64,000 nt of DNA from Gammaproteobacteria bacterium (GTDB taxonomy: Bacteria > Pseudomonadota > Gammaproteobacteria > Eutrophobiales > Eutrophobiaceae). The DNA lies in contig OZ220696.1 in assembly GCA_965116495.1 (NCBI GenBank), positions 2,336,001 to 2,400,000 of the forward strand. Direction: 5' to 3'. Position numbers and translations under genes: made by a program. Of the stretch, positions 30,133-40,087 are shown in pieces (the first letter of the stretch is position 1; every line of letters begins with the position of its first letter). Below the pieces are notes generated by a model. The model had not been told where the DNA came from and made no database searches. It saw only the letters and a list, made by a program, of their open reading frames with translations.

Positions 30133-31410
30133 TTAGGAGGCCCCAGCTTCAATTTGCATCGTGTTGCGGTAATATTCCCAAAAACCGATGACTGCCGATT
30201 CCGTCACCAGGTGTTCCGTATCTTCCGCTTTGCCGCCCCCCATGCCGATATAGGATGATTTTTCCTGGTCACGAATAATTGCTTCATGCACTATTTCCAC
30301 GGCTTCACCGTCTTCCATCGAGATCAGACCGGCAGGACCTATCAGGTTGCCTTGCTTGTTCCTGATGTTCTGCATTTCCTCATCATCATCTTCATAACCG
30401 AACTGGGTCCATACCAGTTCAAACTGCCCCGGTCCTTTTGTGACGGTCTGTCTCACTGCCAGCGTATTGGCGATCTGCTGCAGGACCAGGTTCGGAAATG
30501 TAGTCAATATGACCAGGGTCACGCCGTCGTCAAACTCTTTCTTGCCTGCCAGCAGGGACGGGTCTTTCAGGGTGAATTCGGCATTGAACGTCCTGAGTCC
30601 GTCATACCCCTCAGTTTTTCCTTCGTCGGTTCCCTGGGATGCGGTCAGAACCGTGTGGCGTTTTTTATTATCCATCCAGCTGCCGCCTTTTTGTGTTGAC
30701 CGGTAGAGGCCGAAGGTCGTATGAAACAGGTGCAACAAACTTGCATGGTAAGGATCCCGGGTATTTTCTGCGTACAATTTCCAGTTTCCCCGGACCAGTT
30801 GCCGCTCATCACCAAGCACCTTGATCGGGCTGTGACATATTCGTTCTATATGCTTGACGATCACGACCCCCAGGTAATCCCGTAAGGGCTCGACCTTGTC
30901 TGAAAATGTAGCGAAAATCAGGTGGCCCACCGTATCGACGCGCAACGTGTCCAGCCCGTGTTGTTCCATCCTGAACCCTTCCGGCATCCCGCCCCGGCCA
31001 CCCAGTCCGCGGCGGAACGGTACCCCGATCAATTTTCCCTGCATATCATATTTCCATTGATGGTAGACACACTCCAACTCATCGACGTTGCCCCTGGCGC
31101 TGCGACAGACTAGGGCGCCCCGGTGGGCGCAACGGTTGGTCATCACGTTAATGCCGCCCTCCCTGTCCCGGGTGACTATTACCGGCGTATCGCCGATATA
31201 AGTTGCCTTGAAATCCCCGGGGTCCGGAATCTCCGCGGTCAGACCGATAAAGGACCAGTTATCGCCCCGGAAGATCCTTTCCTGCTCCACCTCGTAGATT
31301 TTGGCGTCCGTGAACACGCCATAAGGCACGTGGCCGGCCTCATCATCTATCGGCCAGTACAGCGAGCCGTTTGTCGTATCGATCACTGCATTCATCGGTT
31401 CCTCCGGCAT
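30133..31410 (-). CDS. nagG: Salicylate-5-hydroxylase/anthranilate-dioxygenase-type Rieske alpha subunit
   Basis: NRCAHRG...CVYHQW, GVPFRRG, NWKLYAENTRDPYHASLLH, NLIGPAGLISMEDGE. Confidence 0.82.
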   Translation of the reverse strand: MPEEPMNAVIDTTNGSLYWPIDDEAGHVPYGVFTDAKIYEVEQERIFRGDNWSFIGLTAEIPDPGDFKATYIGDTPVIVTRDREGGINVMTNRCAHRGALVCRSARGNVDELECVYHQWKYDMQGKLIGVPFRRGLGGRGGMPEGFRMEQHGLDTLRVDTVGHLIFATFSDKVEPLRDYLGVVIVKHIERICHSPIKVLGDERQLVRGNWKLYAENTRDPYHASLLHLFHTTFGLYRSTQKGGSWMDNKKRHTVLTASQGTDEGKTEGYDGLRTFNAEFTLKDPSLLAGKKEFDDGVTLVILTTFPNLVLQQIANTLAVRQTVTKGPGQFELVWTQFGYEDDDEEMQNIRNKQGNLIGPAGLISMEDGEAVEIVHEAIIRDQEKSSYIGMGGGKAEDTEHLVTESAVIGFWEYYRNTMQIEAGAS

Positions 31411-31898
31411 TAAATCGGGGTCACCAGCAAACTCTTGATTTGGTGGGTGTCGAATATGGCGATTTTCTCCCTGAATTTTAAAACCTCTCCATCCGCTACG
31501 ATCCTGTCCACGTATTTACCTGCATTATAAATCTCCGTTGCGCCGTCCGTTTTCGTCTGCATAACCAGGTAATTGCTCTGAACGCTGATAACCTCCTCAC
31601 TCAGGTCCTTGATGAGAATGTTACTGAGCACATGCCGATAATTGTGTTCGGCGTAGACGTTTGCGTTGCGCAGGGACACAACCCTGTCTTCAAGCATTCC
31701 CTTGCTGTCGCAATATATTGCGGCAGCCGGCAGGTTACGGTCATGGTTCTCCCTGGAAATAATTTTATATATGCAATTTTCCGTAAAAAACTCAGGCCAC
31801 TGTTCCAGCCTGTCATCGTCAATACATTCCACGTAACAGCCCTGCAGTCGTTCCACATGGTAATGTAATTCCATCTCGGTCAGCTTGTTCAGTTCCAT
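31410..31898 (-). CDS. nagH: Rieske oxygenase beta subunit
   Basis: DDDRLEQWPEFF, SRENHDRNLP, GMLEDRV, GKYVD; coupled to the alpha subunit. Confidence 0.82.
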   Translation of the reverse strand: MELNKLTEMELHYHVERLQGCYVECIDDDRLEQWPEFFTENCIYKIISRENHDRNLPAAAIYCDSKGMLEDRVVSLRNANVYAEHNYRHVLSNILIKDLSEEVISVQSNYLVMQTKTDGATEIYNAGKYVDRIVADGEVLKFREKIAIFDTHQIKSLLVTPI

Positions 31899-32965
31899 CC
31901 TGCTACCCGGTTCGCCTCTGTTGCCAGTTGTAATTCCGCCGCCGTTGCATGGTTTTCATCCCACAGCCTGATGTGCTCTCGCATGCGTTTATGCCATAAA
32001 GGGGGCACTAGGGCCAACAAAAAATACCCGTAGGCGCTGCCGACCCGCGCGGCATCCCGGTATGGCGTGAGTTCCCAGTAAGGCACCGTGGGATCAGTAT
32101 GGTGCTGTGAATGCGTTACGATCTCGAAGGTAAGAACGCGCGACAGGGGACGGATGTGGTTCCAGGCGTGGCGTATTTCGATGGGTGTGTCCGGCACGCG
32201 TATCAGACCGTAATGTTGTACGTAACTGAAGACACAGACTATACATTGTCCTATTAAAGAGATAAGCAAAACGCTGATGCCGGCAAACAGGCTCACACTC
32301 AAACAGAAAAACAGAAACAGTGCCAGGTAACCGGCAACCGCCCATAAAACTATGTTGCCGGGAGACCAGTGACTCATTCCCTTATTGGCGAAACGCTGCT
32401 TTTCCATGTTCCAGGGTTCAGTATGAAAAAACGGGAGCAGCCGGGCAATAAAGGCGTATACGGATTCACCCCGGTATGGCGTATCGATATCATTTTTTGT
32501 CGAGGTCTCAATGTGGTGGCCTTTGCGGTGCTCCAGCTCCACGTCCCCCGAAACCAGGGTAACTGCAAATAAATCACCAACAAAGCGGGAGATGCTTTCA
32601 TGGCGATGAAATAATTCGTGGGAAATGGGTAAACCCACCGCGGCCGTAATACCGGCTACCGAAATAATCGTGCCCAACCATTCCCACCACTGGTAGTCTG
32701 TCTGCAGGAACCACCAGAGGCCGTACCAGAGAAATAACCAGGGGATCAGTTGAATATACAGCATGAACAACGCACCCGCCGGCCGCATATCACGTTTGCG
32801 CAAATCGTCCTCAAGGAAATATTCCACGCCCGCCACCAGCGGAAAGAGAAGTACGCCGAACCAGCAACCTGCCCCGCCCAGCATCACGCCCAGGGTGGTA
32901 ATAATAAAAAAACCACCCGGCCATACATAACGCAGATAATCTGTCACCCTCACCTCCTGCAACAC
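31889..32965 (-). CDS. Membrane di-iron monooxygenase, XylM/CymAa/AlkB family
   Basis: His boxes HELFH, EHRKGHH, YVQHYG, HSQHH; LVPPLW; N-terminal TM helices. Confidence 0.88.
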   Translation of the reverse strand: MLQEVRVTDYLRYVWPGGFFIITTLGVMLGGAGCWFGVLLFPLVAGVEYFLEDDLRKRDMRPAGALFMLYIQLIPWLFLWYGLWWFLQTDYQWWEWLGTIISVAGITAAVGLPISHELFHRHESISRFVGDLFAVTLVSGDVELEHRKGHHIETSTKNDIDTPYRGESVYAFIARLLPFFHTEPWNMEKQRFANKGMSHWSPGNIVLWAVAGYLALFLFFCLSVSLFAGISVLLISLIGQCIVCVFSYVQHYGLIRVPDTPIEIRHAWNHIRPLSRVLTFEIVTHSQHHTDPTVPYWELTPYRDAARVGSAYGYFLLALVPPLWHKRMREHIRLWDENHATAAELQLATEANRVAGWN

Positions 32966-33158
32966 CGTTGATCTGACTGAGATCGGAATGTTGTTTCATG
33001 CCCTGATACGATATTAACCGAAACCCATTGATGCCGATATATAAAATTTTATCATCAATAAGAATGCCTGGGTATGTATGGAGCAACCCGCAGCCAACCT
33101 GTCCGGGTTGTTTTACCGCTTTTTTATTTCCGCTGCATTAATCAAATCAATCACGGAA

Positions 33159-33218
33159 CAGATTACGGCAGATTACGGCATCCCAGTATCCCAGTATCCC
33201 TGTATCCCTGTATCCCTG
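33159..33218. repeat. Short tandem repeats: (CAGATTACGG)x2 then ATCCC(A/T)GT x~5
   Basis: Read directly: cagattacggcagattacggc atcccagt atcccagt atccctgt atccctgt atccctg. Confidence 0.9.
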
Positions 33219-33231
33219 GAAATATTAAGAC

Positions 33232-33260
33232 TTGAATACTGAACGGTATTACCGTACAAT
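33232..33260 (+). promoter_or_regulatory. Sigma70-like promoter of higBA with overlapping palindromic operator
   Basis: TTGAAT-17bp-TACAAT; palindrome ACGGTA-T-TACCGT at 33243-33255; ATG 6 nt after the -10. Confidence 0.7.
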
Positions 33261-33266
33261 CACGGC

Positions 33267-33557
33267 ATGATTGTCCGCTCTGCTCGTCACAGGGGCCTGC
33301 GCCGGCTGCTTGAGGATGACAACCCCCGGTTCCTGCGGCAGGCCCTCGTCGGTCGGGTGCGCAAGATCTTGACGGTACTGATCCTGGCTGAGGACATCGA
33401 TGAGTTTATTGCCGGCGCACCGCGAGGTTGGTATGTCCACCGGCTCTCAGGTGACCGGCAGAACGAATGGAGTGTTTCAGTATCAGGAAACTGGCGAATC
33501 ACGGTCGAAGAAGAAGACGGTTATATCGACCGCTTGAACCTGGAGGATTACCACTGA
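33267..33557 (+). CDS. higB: HigB toxin (RelE/ParE superfamily)
   Basis: HRGLRRL, HRLSGDR, WSVSVSGNWRIT, C-terminal LEDYH. Confidence 0.92.
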   Translation: MIVRSARHRGLRRLLEDDNPRFLRQALVGRVRKILTVLILAEDIDEFIAGAPRGWYVHRLSGDRQNEWSVSVSGNWRITVEEEDGYIDRLNLEDYH

Positions 33558-33862
33558 TGACTATTAACCGAAGCAACGTGAACATGACTCCTTCGCATCC
33601 GGGCGACTTCATACGCACAGAGGTCATTGAGGCACTGAACCTTAGTATGACAAGGGCAGCACAGGTTCTGGGAATTCGCCGGGCTACACTTTCAGCCTTG
33701 TTGAACGGCCATTCATCGCTATCACCGGAGATGGCGCTACGTATTGAGAAAGCCTTTGACATCAATATGGATATGCTGTTACGAATGCAGGCCTGGTGGG
33801 ATGCCTCGCAGATGCGTTCCCGCGCAAGCGAGGTCAATGTCCGGCGTTATGAACCTGCATGA
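33557..33862 (+). CDS. higA: HigA antitoxin (XRE HTH)
   Basis: PSHPGDFIR, LSPEMALRIEKAF, LRMQAWWD; TGATG coupling with higB. Confidence 0.92.
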   Translation: MTINRSNVNMTPSHPGDFIRTEVIEALNLSMTRAAQVLGIRRATLSALLNGHSSLSPEMALRIEKAFDINMDMLLRMQAWWDASQMRSRASEVNVRRYEPA

Positions 33863-33923
33863 TTAACATAACACGACCATGCAATGAGCATGAATTTCAG
33901 AGGACGCGGGAGTCAGGTCGCAC

Positions 33924-33951
33924 TTGACATTATCATACCCCTAGCTACACT
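33924..33951 (+). promoter_or_regulatory. Sigma70-like promoter
   Basis: TTGACA-16bp-TACACT upstream of 34030. Confidence 0.55.
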
Positions 33952-34029
33952 TGTTTCAGTGTATAAATACTGGAGGAGCGGTACTGTATTGCCAGTGGTG
34001 TTCTGCCCAATTCAAGGAGAAAGGAACTT

Positions 34030-34260
34030 ATGAATATAACTTTTGATACCCACTATGCGGTTAAGACCATTACGGAATCGGGGTTAACCGACACACAGGC
34101 GGAAGCGATAGTCACTACGATAAACAATGCCATGAATCAAAACCTCGCAACGAAGGCGGACATTGTTTCACTAAAGGCTGAGATGCTTGTGCTGAAATGG
34201 ATGGTCGGATTGGTCATAGCCGTCGAGGTATTGCCTCTGCTGAAGGTTCTGTTCGCATGA
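34030..34260 (+). CDS. DUF1640/CCDC90-like small coiled-coil membrane protein
   Basis: TFDTH...QAEAI...LATKAD...LKWMVG plus C-terminal TM; strong RBS. Confidence 0.85.
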   Translation: MNITFDTHYAVKTITESGLTDTQAEAIVTTINNAMNQNLATKADIVSLKAEMLVLKWMVGLVIAVEVLPLLKVLFA

Positions 34261-34392
34261 CAACTCATCCCAGCGTAAGCCGATCTCCAAAAATCGGCTG
34301 GCGGGAACTACCATACCCTCATACACTGGTAAGCGCAATGCCTGCTCCGACAACTGCTAAACATAGTCCACTTTATCAGAGAGGAGTAAAAC

Positions 34393-34803
34393 ATGGCTAA
34401 GATAGAAGGCGGTTGTCTGTGCGGCAACATACGCTATACAAGCGAGGCTGAACCCCTGGCAACGGTGATTTGTCATTGCATCAACTGCCAGAAACAAAGC
34501 GGCGGGGCATACTCGTTGAACCTCGTCATGCCGAAAGGTTCACTGGATATACAGGGTGAAATGACCACCTACGTGGATACCGGTGACAGCGGGAGCACGC
34601 TGGACCGCAACTTCTGCGGCCGCTGCGGATCGGCAGTCAGCAGCGAACCTTCGGTAATGGATACCATCACAGTACTCAAGGCAGGCTCCCTGGATGATGC
34701 CTCCTGGGTCAGGCCAGTCATGGAAATCTACTGCGACAGCGCCCAGCCATGGACCCGGGAACACGTGGAGATGCAATCCCATCCGAAGATGATGCCGTCG
34801 TAG
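34393..34803 (+). CDS. GFA-family (Zn-binding, CENP-V-like) protein
   Basis: GGCLCG, CHCINCQK, FCGRCGS. Confidence 0.92.
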   Translation: MAKIEGGCLCGNIRYTSEAEPLATVICHCINCQKQSGGAYSLNLVMPKGSLDIQGEMTTYVDTGDSGSTLDRNFCGRCGSAVSSEPSVMDTITVLKAGSLDDASWVRPVMEIYCDSAQPWTREHVEMQSHPKMMPS

Positions 34804-34861
34804 GGGTAAGATGATTGCAGCCAGGTCCTCGTAGTTGTTCCACGGCAAGAAGGCATCTATA

Positions 34862-34924
34862 GTACCAACCTGAATCCCGCCGCAAAGTCAGCAACCAGAC
34901 GCTGGTATCCACGAATAGAGTCAT
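34862..34924 (-). pseudogene. vapC: VapC/PIN toxin N-terminal remnant
   Basis: MTLFVDTSVWLLTLRRD, then similarity is lost as the frame runs into the convergent GFA gene. Confidence 0.7.
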
Positions 34925-35106
34925 TAACGAGTCCGTTCTCGCTTATAGCCGTATTCGTTATCCCAATCGAATTCTCCAAAAAGATCCAGGAACCGCTTCT
35001 GCTCTCTACGTGCGACGAATTCAAACAACGCCTTTTTGACGGTCGCCTTCTTCGTTTTATCACTACGATTGGTTCTTTTCGTTCCAGTATGGTTAATTTT
35101 ATCCAC
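34924..35106 (-). CDS. vapB: VapB-like antitoxin (N-terminus atypical, possibly damaged)
   Basis: TKKATVKKALFEFVARREQKRFLDLFGEFDWD...YKRER; coupled to the PIN remnant. Confidence 0.65.
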   Translation of the reverse strand: MDKINHTGTKRTNRSDKTKKATVKKALFEFVARREQKRFLDLFGEFDWDNEYGYKRERTR

Positions 35107-35250
35107 CGCAGGGTGTAAAGAAATTATGACAATCTCGATAACTCTCTGATTGTAGTATATTTATTATACCTCTTTCTGGTTGGTACGTTTACTGCAATGT
35201 AGTACTATCCAGCTAAATTAAAAACAGGTAGTTCTTTCAGGGGGCCTACG

Positions 35251-37317
35251 ATGAGGAATGTTCACTTTGGCAGGGGGATCGTTGCAGCAGTAATTCTGAT
35301 CTCGACAACGGCAGGCTACGCAGTTACCGAACTCGATGAAATTATCGTTACCGCAACCCGCCAGAATCAGTCGCTGGCGGATGTCTCAAGCGCGGTCAGC
35401 GTGGTGGAGAAAGGTGCTATCCAGGCCGGCCGCCAGCAACTGGGCCTGGACGAATCGCTGACCCGGGTACCCGGCATCTTCTTCCAGAATCGTTATAACT
35501 TCAGCCAGGACCTGCGCGTCGCGATCCGGGGCTTCGGCGCCCGGGCAAACTTCGGTATTCGCGGCATCAAGGTGTTCGTCGATGACCTTCCGGCGACACT
35601 GGCGGACGGGCAGAGCGGGGTCGACGATATCGATATCGGTTCGGTCGGCCGCATCGAAATTATCCGTGGACCGTCTTCCGCGTTGTACGGCAGCGCCTCC
35701 GGCGGCGTCATGAGCCTTTACACGGAGGACGGGCCGGATACGCCATTCGCCGAGGCACGGGTAACCGTGGGCGAGTACGACCACCAGAAATACCAGCTCA
35801 AGTTCGGCGGGCAAACGGGCAAACTGAATTACCTGGTGAACGGTTCCTACATGGAGAGCGACGGTTACCGGGAGAATTCCAGGGTGGAACACGGCCTGGT
35901 GAACAGCAAACTCCGCTACGAATTTGATGAAGACTCCGACCTGACCCTGATCTTCAACCTGGTGGATTCGCCCCAGGCCGATGATTCCGGCGGTATCTCG
36001 CAGGCCAACGTGGATATGGACCGGCGCCAGGCGCAGCCCAGGAACCTCAGCTCCAACGCCGGTGAAGAACTGGAACAACAGAAGGTCGGCTGGATCTACC
36101 GCAAGCAGTTTGGTGAGAACCACGAGATCAGGGTGCGCAACTACTACCTGTGGCGCGACTTCATGGCCTTTCTGCCCATCGGTTCCCATATCCGGTTTGT
36201 GCCCGATGACGGAGTGGTTGAGTTCGACCGGTTCTTTTTTGGCGGCGGTGGGCAATACAGCTATACGGGAGAACTGATGGGCCGTCCCAATCAATTCACC
36301 GCGGGCTTCGATATCGACATCCAAGAAGACGATCGGCAACGTTATTCCAACGATGCCGGGATTCAAGGCGCATTATCCTTTGACCAGTTGGAAGAAGCGG
36401 AGGCTTATGGATTTTACATCCGCAACAGCCTTGCAATTTCCGATTCCCTGCAACTTACGCTGGGTGGCCGTTATGATGTTGTGGACCTGTCCGTTGATGA
36501 CCGCTTCCTGGCCAACGCGGACCAGTCCGGTGAACTGGACTTCGAGGAATTCAGTCCAAGCGCCGGTTTGACCTGGAGCGCGACGGATGCAGTCAGTATC
36601 TATTTCAACTATGCGACCGGGTTTGAAACGCCCACTTTTACCGAACTGGCTAATCCGGCAAGAAACCTTGATGTAAGTCTTGGCGGATTCGCCTCGGTAG
36701 ATGCCCAGAACGCGGAGAGCTTTGAAATCGGCGCCCGCGGTCTTATCGGGGAGCGTGTTTATTTCGACATCGCCGGATTTATCATGGAAGTGGAAGACGA
36801 GGTAGTCAGCGTCGCCAATATCGGCAATCGTACTTTTTTCCGGAATGCCGATACCGACCGCAACGGCATTGAGGCCGCCATCGTCGTGGATATCCTGGAA
36901 GGCTTGCAGCTCACCGCATCCTATACGTATTCCGATTTCGAGTTCGACAGCTTTCCGACCAACATGGCTGCGGAAGGCAAGATGCTGCCCGGTATTCCCG
37001 AGAACCAGTTATTTGCGGAACTGGCCTACCGCCACGATTCCGGATTCTACCTGAGCTGGGATATCCTCGTGGTTGACGACCTGGCAATCAATAACGCCAA
37101 TACCGCTATTTCCGATTCCTATGAAGTATCGAACCTGAGGGCGGGACACCGTTTGCAGATGGCAGGATTTGAATTGTCTCCGTTCATCGGCATCAACAAC
37201 CTGTTTGACACGAAATACATGGCCAACCTGCGCCTCAACGGTTTCGGCGGTAGGGTATTTGAGCCGGCGCCAACGCTGAACGTGTATGGAGGGGTGTCGG
37301 TCCGGTTGAACTACTGA
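35251..37317 (+). CDS. TonB-dependent receptor (YncD-like)
   Basis: LDEIIVTATR, IRGFGARANFGIRGIK, IEIIRGPSSALYG, GFETPTF. Confidence 0.93.
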   Translation: MRNVHFGRGIVAAVILISTTAGYAVTELDEIIVTATRQNQSLADVSSAVSVVEKGAIQAGRQQLGLDESLTRVPGIFFQNRYNFSQDLRVAIRGFGARANFGIRGIKVFVDDLPATLADGQSGVDDIDIGSVGRIEIIRGPSSALYGSASGGVMSLYTEDGPDTPFAEARVTVGEYDHQKYQLKFGGQTGKLNYLVNGSYMESDGYRENSRVEHGLVNSKLRYEFDEDSDLTLIFNLVDSPQADDSGGISQANVDMDRRQAQPRNLSSNAGEELEQQKVGWIYRKQFGENHEIRVRNYYLWRDFMAFLPIGSHIRFVPDDGVVEFDRFFFGGGGQYSYTGELMGRPNQFTAGFDIDIQEDDRQRYSNDAGIQGALSFDQLEEAEAYGFYIRNSLAISDSLQLTLGGRYDVVDLSVDDRFLANADQSGELDFEEFSPSAGLTWSATDAVSIYFNYATGFETPTFTELANPARNLDVSLGGFASVDAQNAESFEIGARGLIGERVYFDIAGFIMEVEDEVVSVANIGNRTFFRNADTDRNGIEAAIVVDILEGLQLTASYTYSDFEFDSFPTNMAAEGKMLPGIPENQLFAELAYRHDSGFYLSWDILVVDDLAINNANTAISDSYEVSNLRAGHRLQMAGFELSPFIGINNLFDTKYMANLRLNGFGGRVFEPAPTLNVYGGVSVRLNY

Positions 37318-37323
37318 CCCTGG

Positions 37324-37524
37324 TTACAAGTCAAATAATCCCTCGCTTGCCGCCTTCGCCTCAATAGCGAGATATTCGCCGTCGCGGGTGAGCAGAAAAT
37401 CAACTTCTGTCCTGGACTCGACCGGCACCCAATAATGGATGTCATCAAACACCGACTGCTCCTCCGCGTGAGCGCGCAACAGGCTCAGTATCCAGCCCTC
37501 GAACAGAGCGCCGCGTTCCTCTAT
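37324..37524 (-). pseudogene. C-terminal DUF4143 fragment of an AAA ATPase
   Basis: Hand translation EERGALFEGWI...IHYW...EVDFLL...LAIEAK-stop; no N-terminal part. Confidence 0.72.
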
Positions 37525-37715
37525 GGTATAAAGTCATAAGTAGCCGAAAAGTGGCGACATTACAAGTAATGTCCCGGTTTCATCAGACGCTGTATTTTTC
37601 CTCAAAGTCGAAAACCAGCGTCGGTCTTTCTGCAAAATGATTATATAGATGTCCCGGAATTGCGGGATCAGGGAAACTCAGACTTTACTTTCTCAGATTT
37701 CAGACTATAGTATTG

Positions 37716-37732
37716 TTATCAACTGTTGATAA
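37716..37732. promoter_or_regulatory. Palindromic operator TTATCAAC-T-GTTGATAA
   Basis: Perfect 8-bp arms just downstream of a TATAGT -10-like hexamer and upstream of an HTH gene. Confidence 0.65.
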
Positions 37733-37811
37733 GTTAATACATGGATACCATGGATATCGGCCTGCAAGTAAAGAATACAGTCTGATGTCTTTGATTGAAG
37801 AGGCAAAGGTC

Positions 37812-38180
37812 ATGCCTAATTTGCACGTCGGTATTATGCCAAGAGAACGGTTTCAGCAGCGCGTATTGGACATTGCAGGCGGTCGTATCAAACCCGGAAG
37901 GGGAGAACCGGAAATCTGGTTCAGTTCGATGAAATCATTCAGCGAGGTGTTGAGTGATAACAATGTCCGCTTACTGAAAATGATCGCGGAACAGAAGCCT
38001 TCCAGTATCAAGGAACTGGAAAAACTAAGCGGACGGAGGAGCAGTAACCTGAGTAGAACGTTAAAAACGTTTGAGCGATATGGCTTGGTTGACCTGCGAA
38101 AGGTTCCCGGCAGTCGAGCGATTTTGCCCGTTGCCAAAGCTACCGGCGTCAGGCTGAGCTGTGACTTTGCGTCTTATTAA
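37812..38180 (+). CDS. HVO_A0114/TumA-like winged-helix regulator (orphan antitoxin)
   Basis: IWFSSMKSFSEVLS...KPSSIKELEKLSGRRSSNLSRTLKTFERYGLV. Confidence 0.75.
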   Translation: MPNLHVGIMPRERFQQRVLDIAGGRIKPGRGEPEIWFSSMKSFSEVLSDNNVRLLKMIAEQKPSSIKELEKLSGRRSSNLSRTLKTFERYGLVDLRKVPGSRAILPVAKATGVRLSCDFASY

Positions 38181-38756
38181 TTCAAGCCCTGTCTTAAACC
38201 GCCCTTGTTCCCTTCACAAGATTATTTTATGGTTGCCCGTTTGAGTGAGATTCTGGATGGACTTGGACTGGACGCGAACCGAAGTGCTTGGTAATCTACC
38301 TTGATACGTCTACAGCACTCGCTTAGCTCCTGGCTGGCCAAAGCGTTTGTATAAGAACCCAGGTTTTCGGCATTATCAGATGCCAGACCTTTATCTTCAG
38401 AACTTCCCTGCCTTTCCAGTAACATTCAATAAGCCGTGACCATTGACCGTTTGTACTTGTCGCACAAGCGTTGTTATTAAGATTACAAAATCGATATTTG
38501 TAGTAGTATGCTGCATTTGACGGCTGTGCAAGGGACGGCTTGGCTTGAGCAACCTGTTGAACGTTCTGTCACGATATAAACCTTGGTGTCATGAAACAGT
38601 TCTTGTTATATATCCTGTTACTTGCGGGCTGTGTTACCACACCCTTAGCCGCTTCCGAGCTAAGTACTATCAAAAATACCACACTGATTGAGGTCGACAT
38701 GAACGATGGCGATAGTTTCATGGTCAATGCGGAAGGCCGTGAATTGTATTTACGCA

Positions 38757-40087
38757 CACTGCTGTCCCAAGAAAATCGTGTTGATGTAATATAACGTATT
38801 CATTTTATTAGTAAAACAGCGATTTTTAACGGGCATCGATTAAAACTGCCTCCGGTGGCTGATAATACCCTCCTGATTTTCATCTCTATCAGGAGGAACC
38901 CTCATGCCGTCCGGTCACTATGTCTTTTCTCAGGTCATGGCCCATTTGCCCATGAAACCCTTCCGCCGTTGCGTGCAACATTATCACGGCAATCGTTACA
39001 TCAAATCGTTTACCTGTCTCGACCAGTTCCTCTGCATGGCCTTTGCCCAACTCACCTACCGTGAGAGCTTGCGCGATATCGAGGTCTGCCTGCGGGCGCA
39101 CCGGGACAAACTCTATCACATGGGGCTGCGCGGCGGCATGGCCCGCAATACCCTTGCCCATGCCAACCGGCAACGCGACTGGCGCCTCTACGCCGACTTC
39201 GCCCACGCCCTCATCCGCCTGGCCCGACCCCTGTATGCCGACGAGGACCTGGGGCTGGAACTCGACAATACCGTCTATGCCCTCGACTCCTCCACCATCG
39301 ACCTGTGTCTGTCCGTGTTCCCCTGGGCCCGCTTCCGCCAAACCAAGTCAGCGGTCAAACTGCATACCTTGCTGGACTTGCGCGGCAATATCCCCACCTT
39401 TATCCATCTCTCCGACGGTAAACTGCACGATGTCAACGTCCTCGACCTCCTCCTCCCCGAGCCCGGCGCCTGCTACGTCATGGACCGCGCCTACCTGGAT
39501 TTCCAACGCCTGTTTGCCCTGACGATGGCCGCCGCCTTCTTCGTTATCCGGGCCAAGTCCAATACTCGCTACCGCCGCCGTTATTCCCGACCCGTTGATA
39601 AATCAACCGGCCTGCTGTGTGACCAGACCATCGTCCTGACCGGTGTCCACACCGCCACCCACTACCCGCAACCCCTGCGACGCATCAAATACCGCGACCC
39701 GCAAACACACAAGACGTTCGCTTTCCTCACCAACCACTTTGCCTTGCCCGCACACACCATCACCGAATTGTATCGCTACCGCTGGCAGGTCGAATTGTTC
39801 TTCAAATGGATTAAACAACACCTGCGTATCAAAGCATTCTTCGGCACCTCGGAGAATGCCGTCAAAACCCAAATCTGGGTCGCCGTCAGTGTCTATGTCC
39901 TGGTGGCGCTCATTAAAAAGCGTCTTCATCTCTCCACAGAACTCTACACAATGTTACAGATTTTAAGCCTGACCCTGTTTGAAAAAGTACCCTTATATCA
40001 ATTACTTACTCAGAGCGATTACAAAACAGACCACCGTGATATACTTAACCAATTGAATCTATTCGATTAATTCTTGGGACACTAATG
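38757..40087 (+). mobile_element. IS4-family insertion sequence (1331 bp)
   Basis: Ends CACTGCTGTCCCAAGAA / TTCTTGGGACACTAATG; 9-bp target duplication ATTTACGCA (38748-38756, 40088-40096). Confidence 0.93.
38904..40070 (+). CDS. IS4-family transposase (DUF4372 + DDE)
   Basis: ALDSSTIDL, VKLH, MDRAY, YRYRWQVELFFKWIKQ signature. Confidence 0.95.
   Translation: MPSGHYVFSQVMAHLPMKPFRRCVQHYHGNRYIKSFTCLDQFLCMAFAQLTYRESLRDIEVCLRAHRDKLYHMGLRGGMARNTLAHANRQRDWRLYADFAHALIRLARPLYADEDLGLELDNTVYALDSSTIDLCLSVFPWARFRQTKSAVKLHTLLDLRGNIPTFIHLSDGKLHDVNVLDLLLPEPGACYVMDRAYLDFQRLFALTMAAAFFVIRAKSNTRYRRRYSRPVDKSTGLLCDQTIVLTGVHTATHYPQPLRRIKYRDPQTHKTFAFLTNHFALPAHTITELYRYRWQVELFFKWIKQHLRIKAFFGTSENAVKTQIWVAVSVYVLVALIKKRLHLSTELYTMLQILSLTLFEKVPLYQLLTQSDYKTDHRDILNQLNLFD

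Noticed and set aside
33159-33218. Possible CRISPR array
   Set aside because: Units are 8-10 bp with no spacers, and no cas genes occur in the window
38222-38425. 67-aa ORF near the nuclease pseudogene
   Set aside because: No recognisable motif or clear RBS; cannot be supported as a gene
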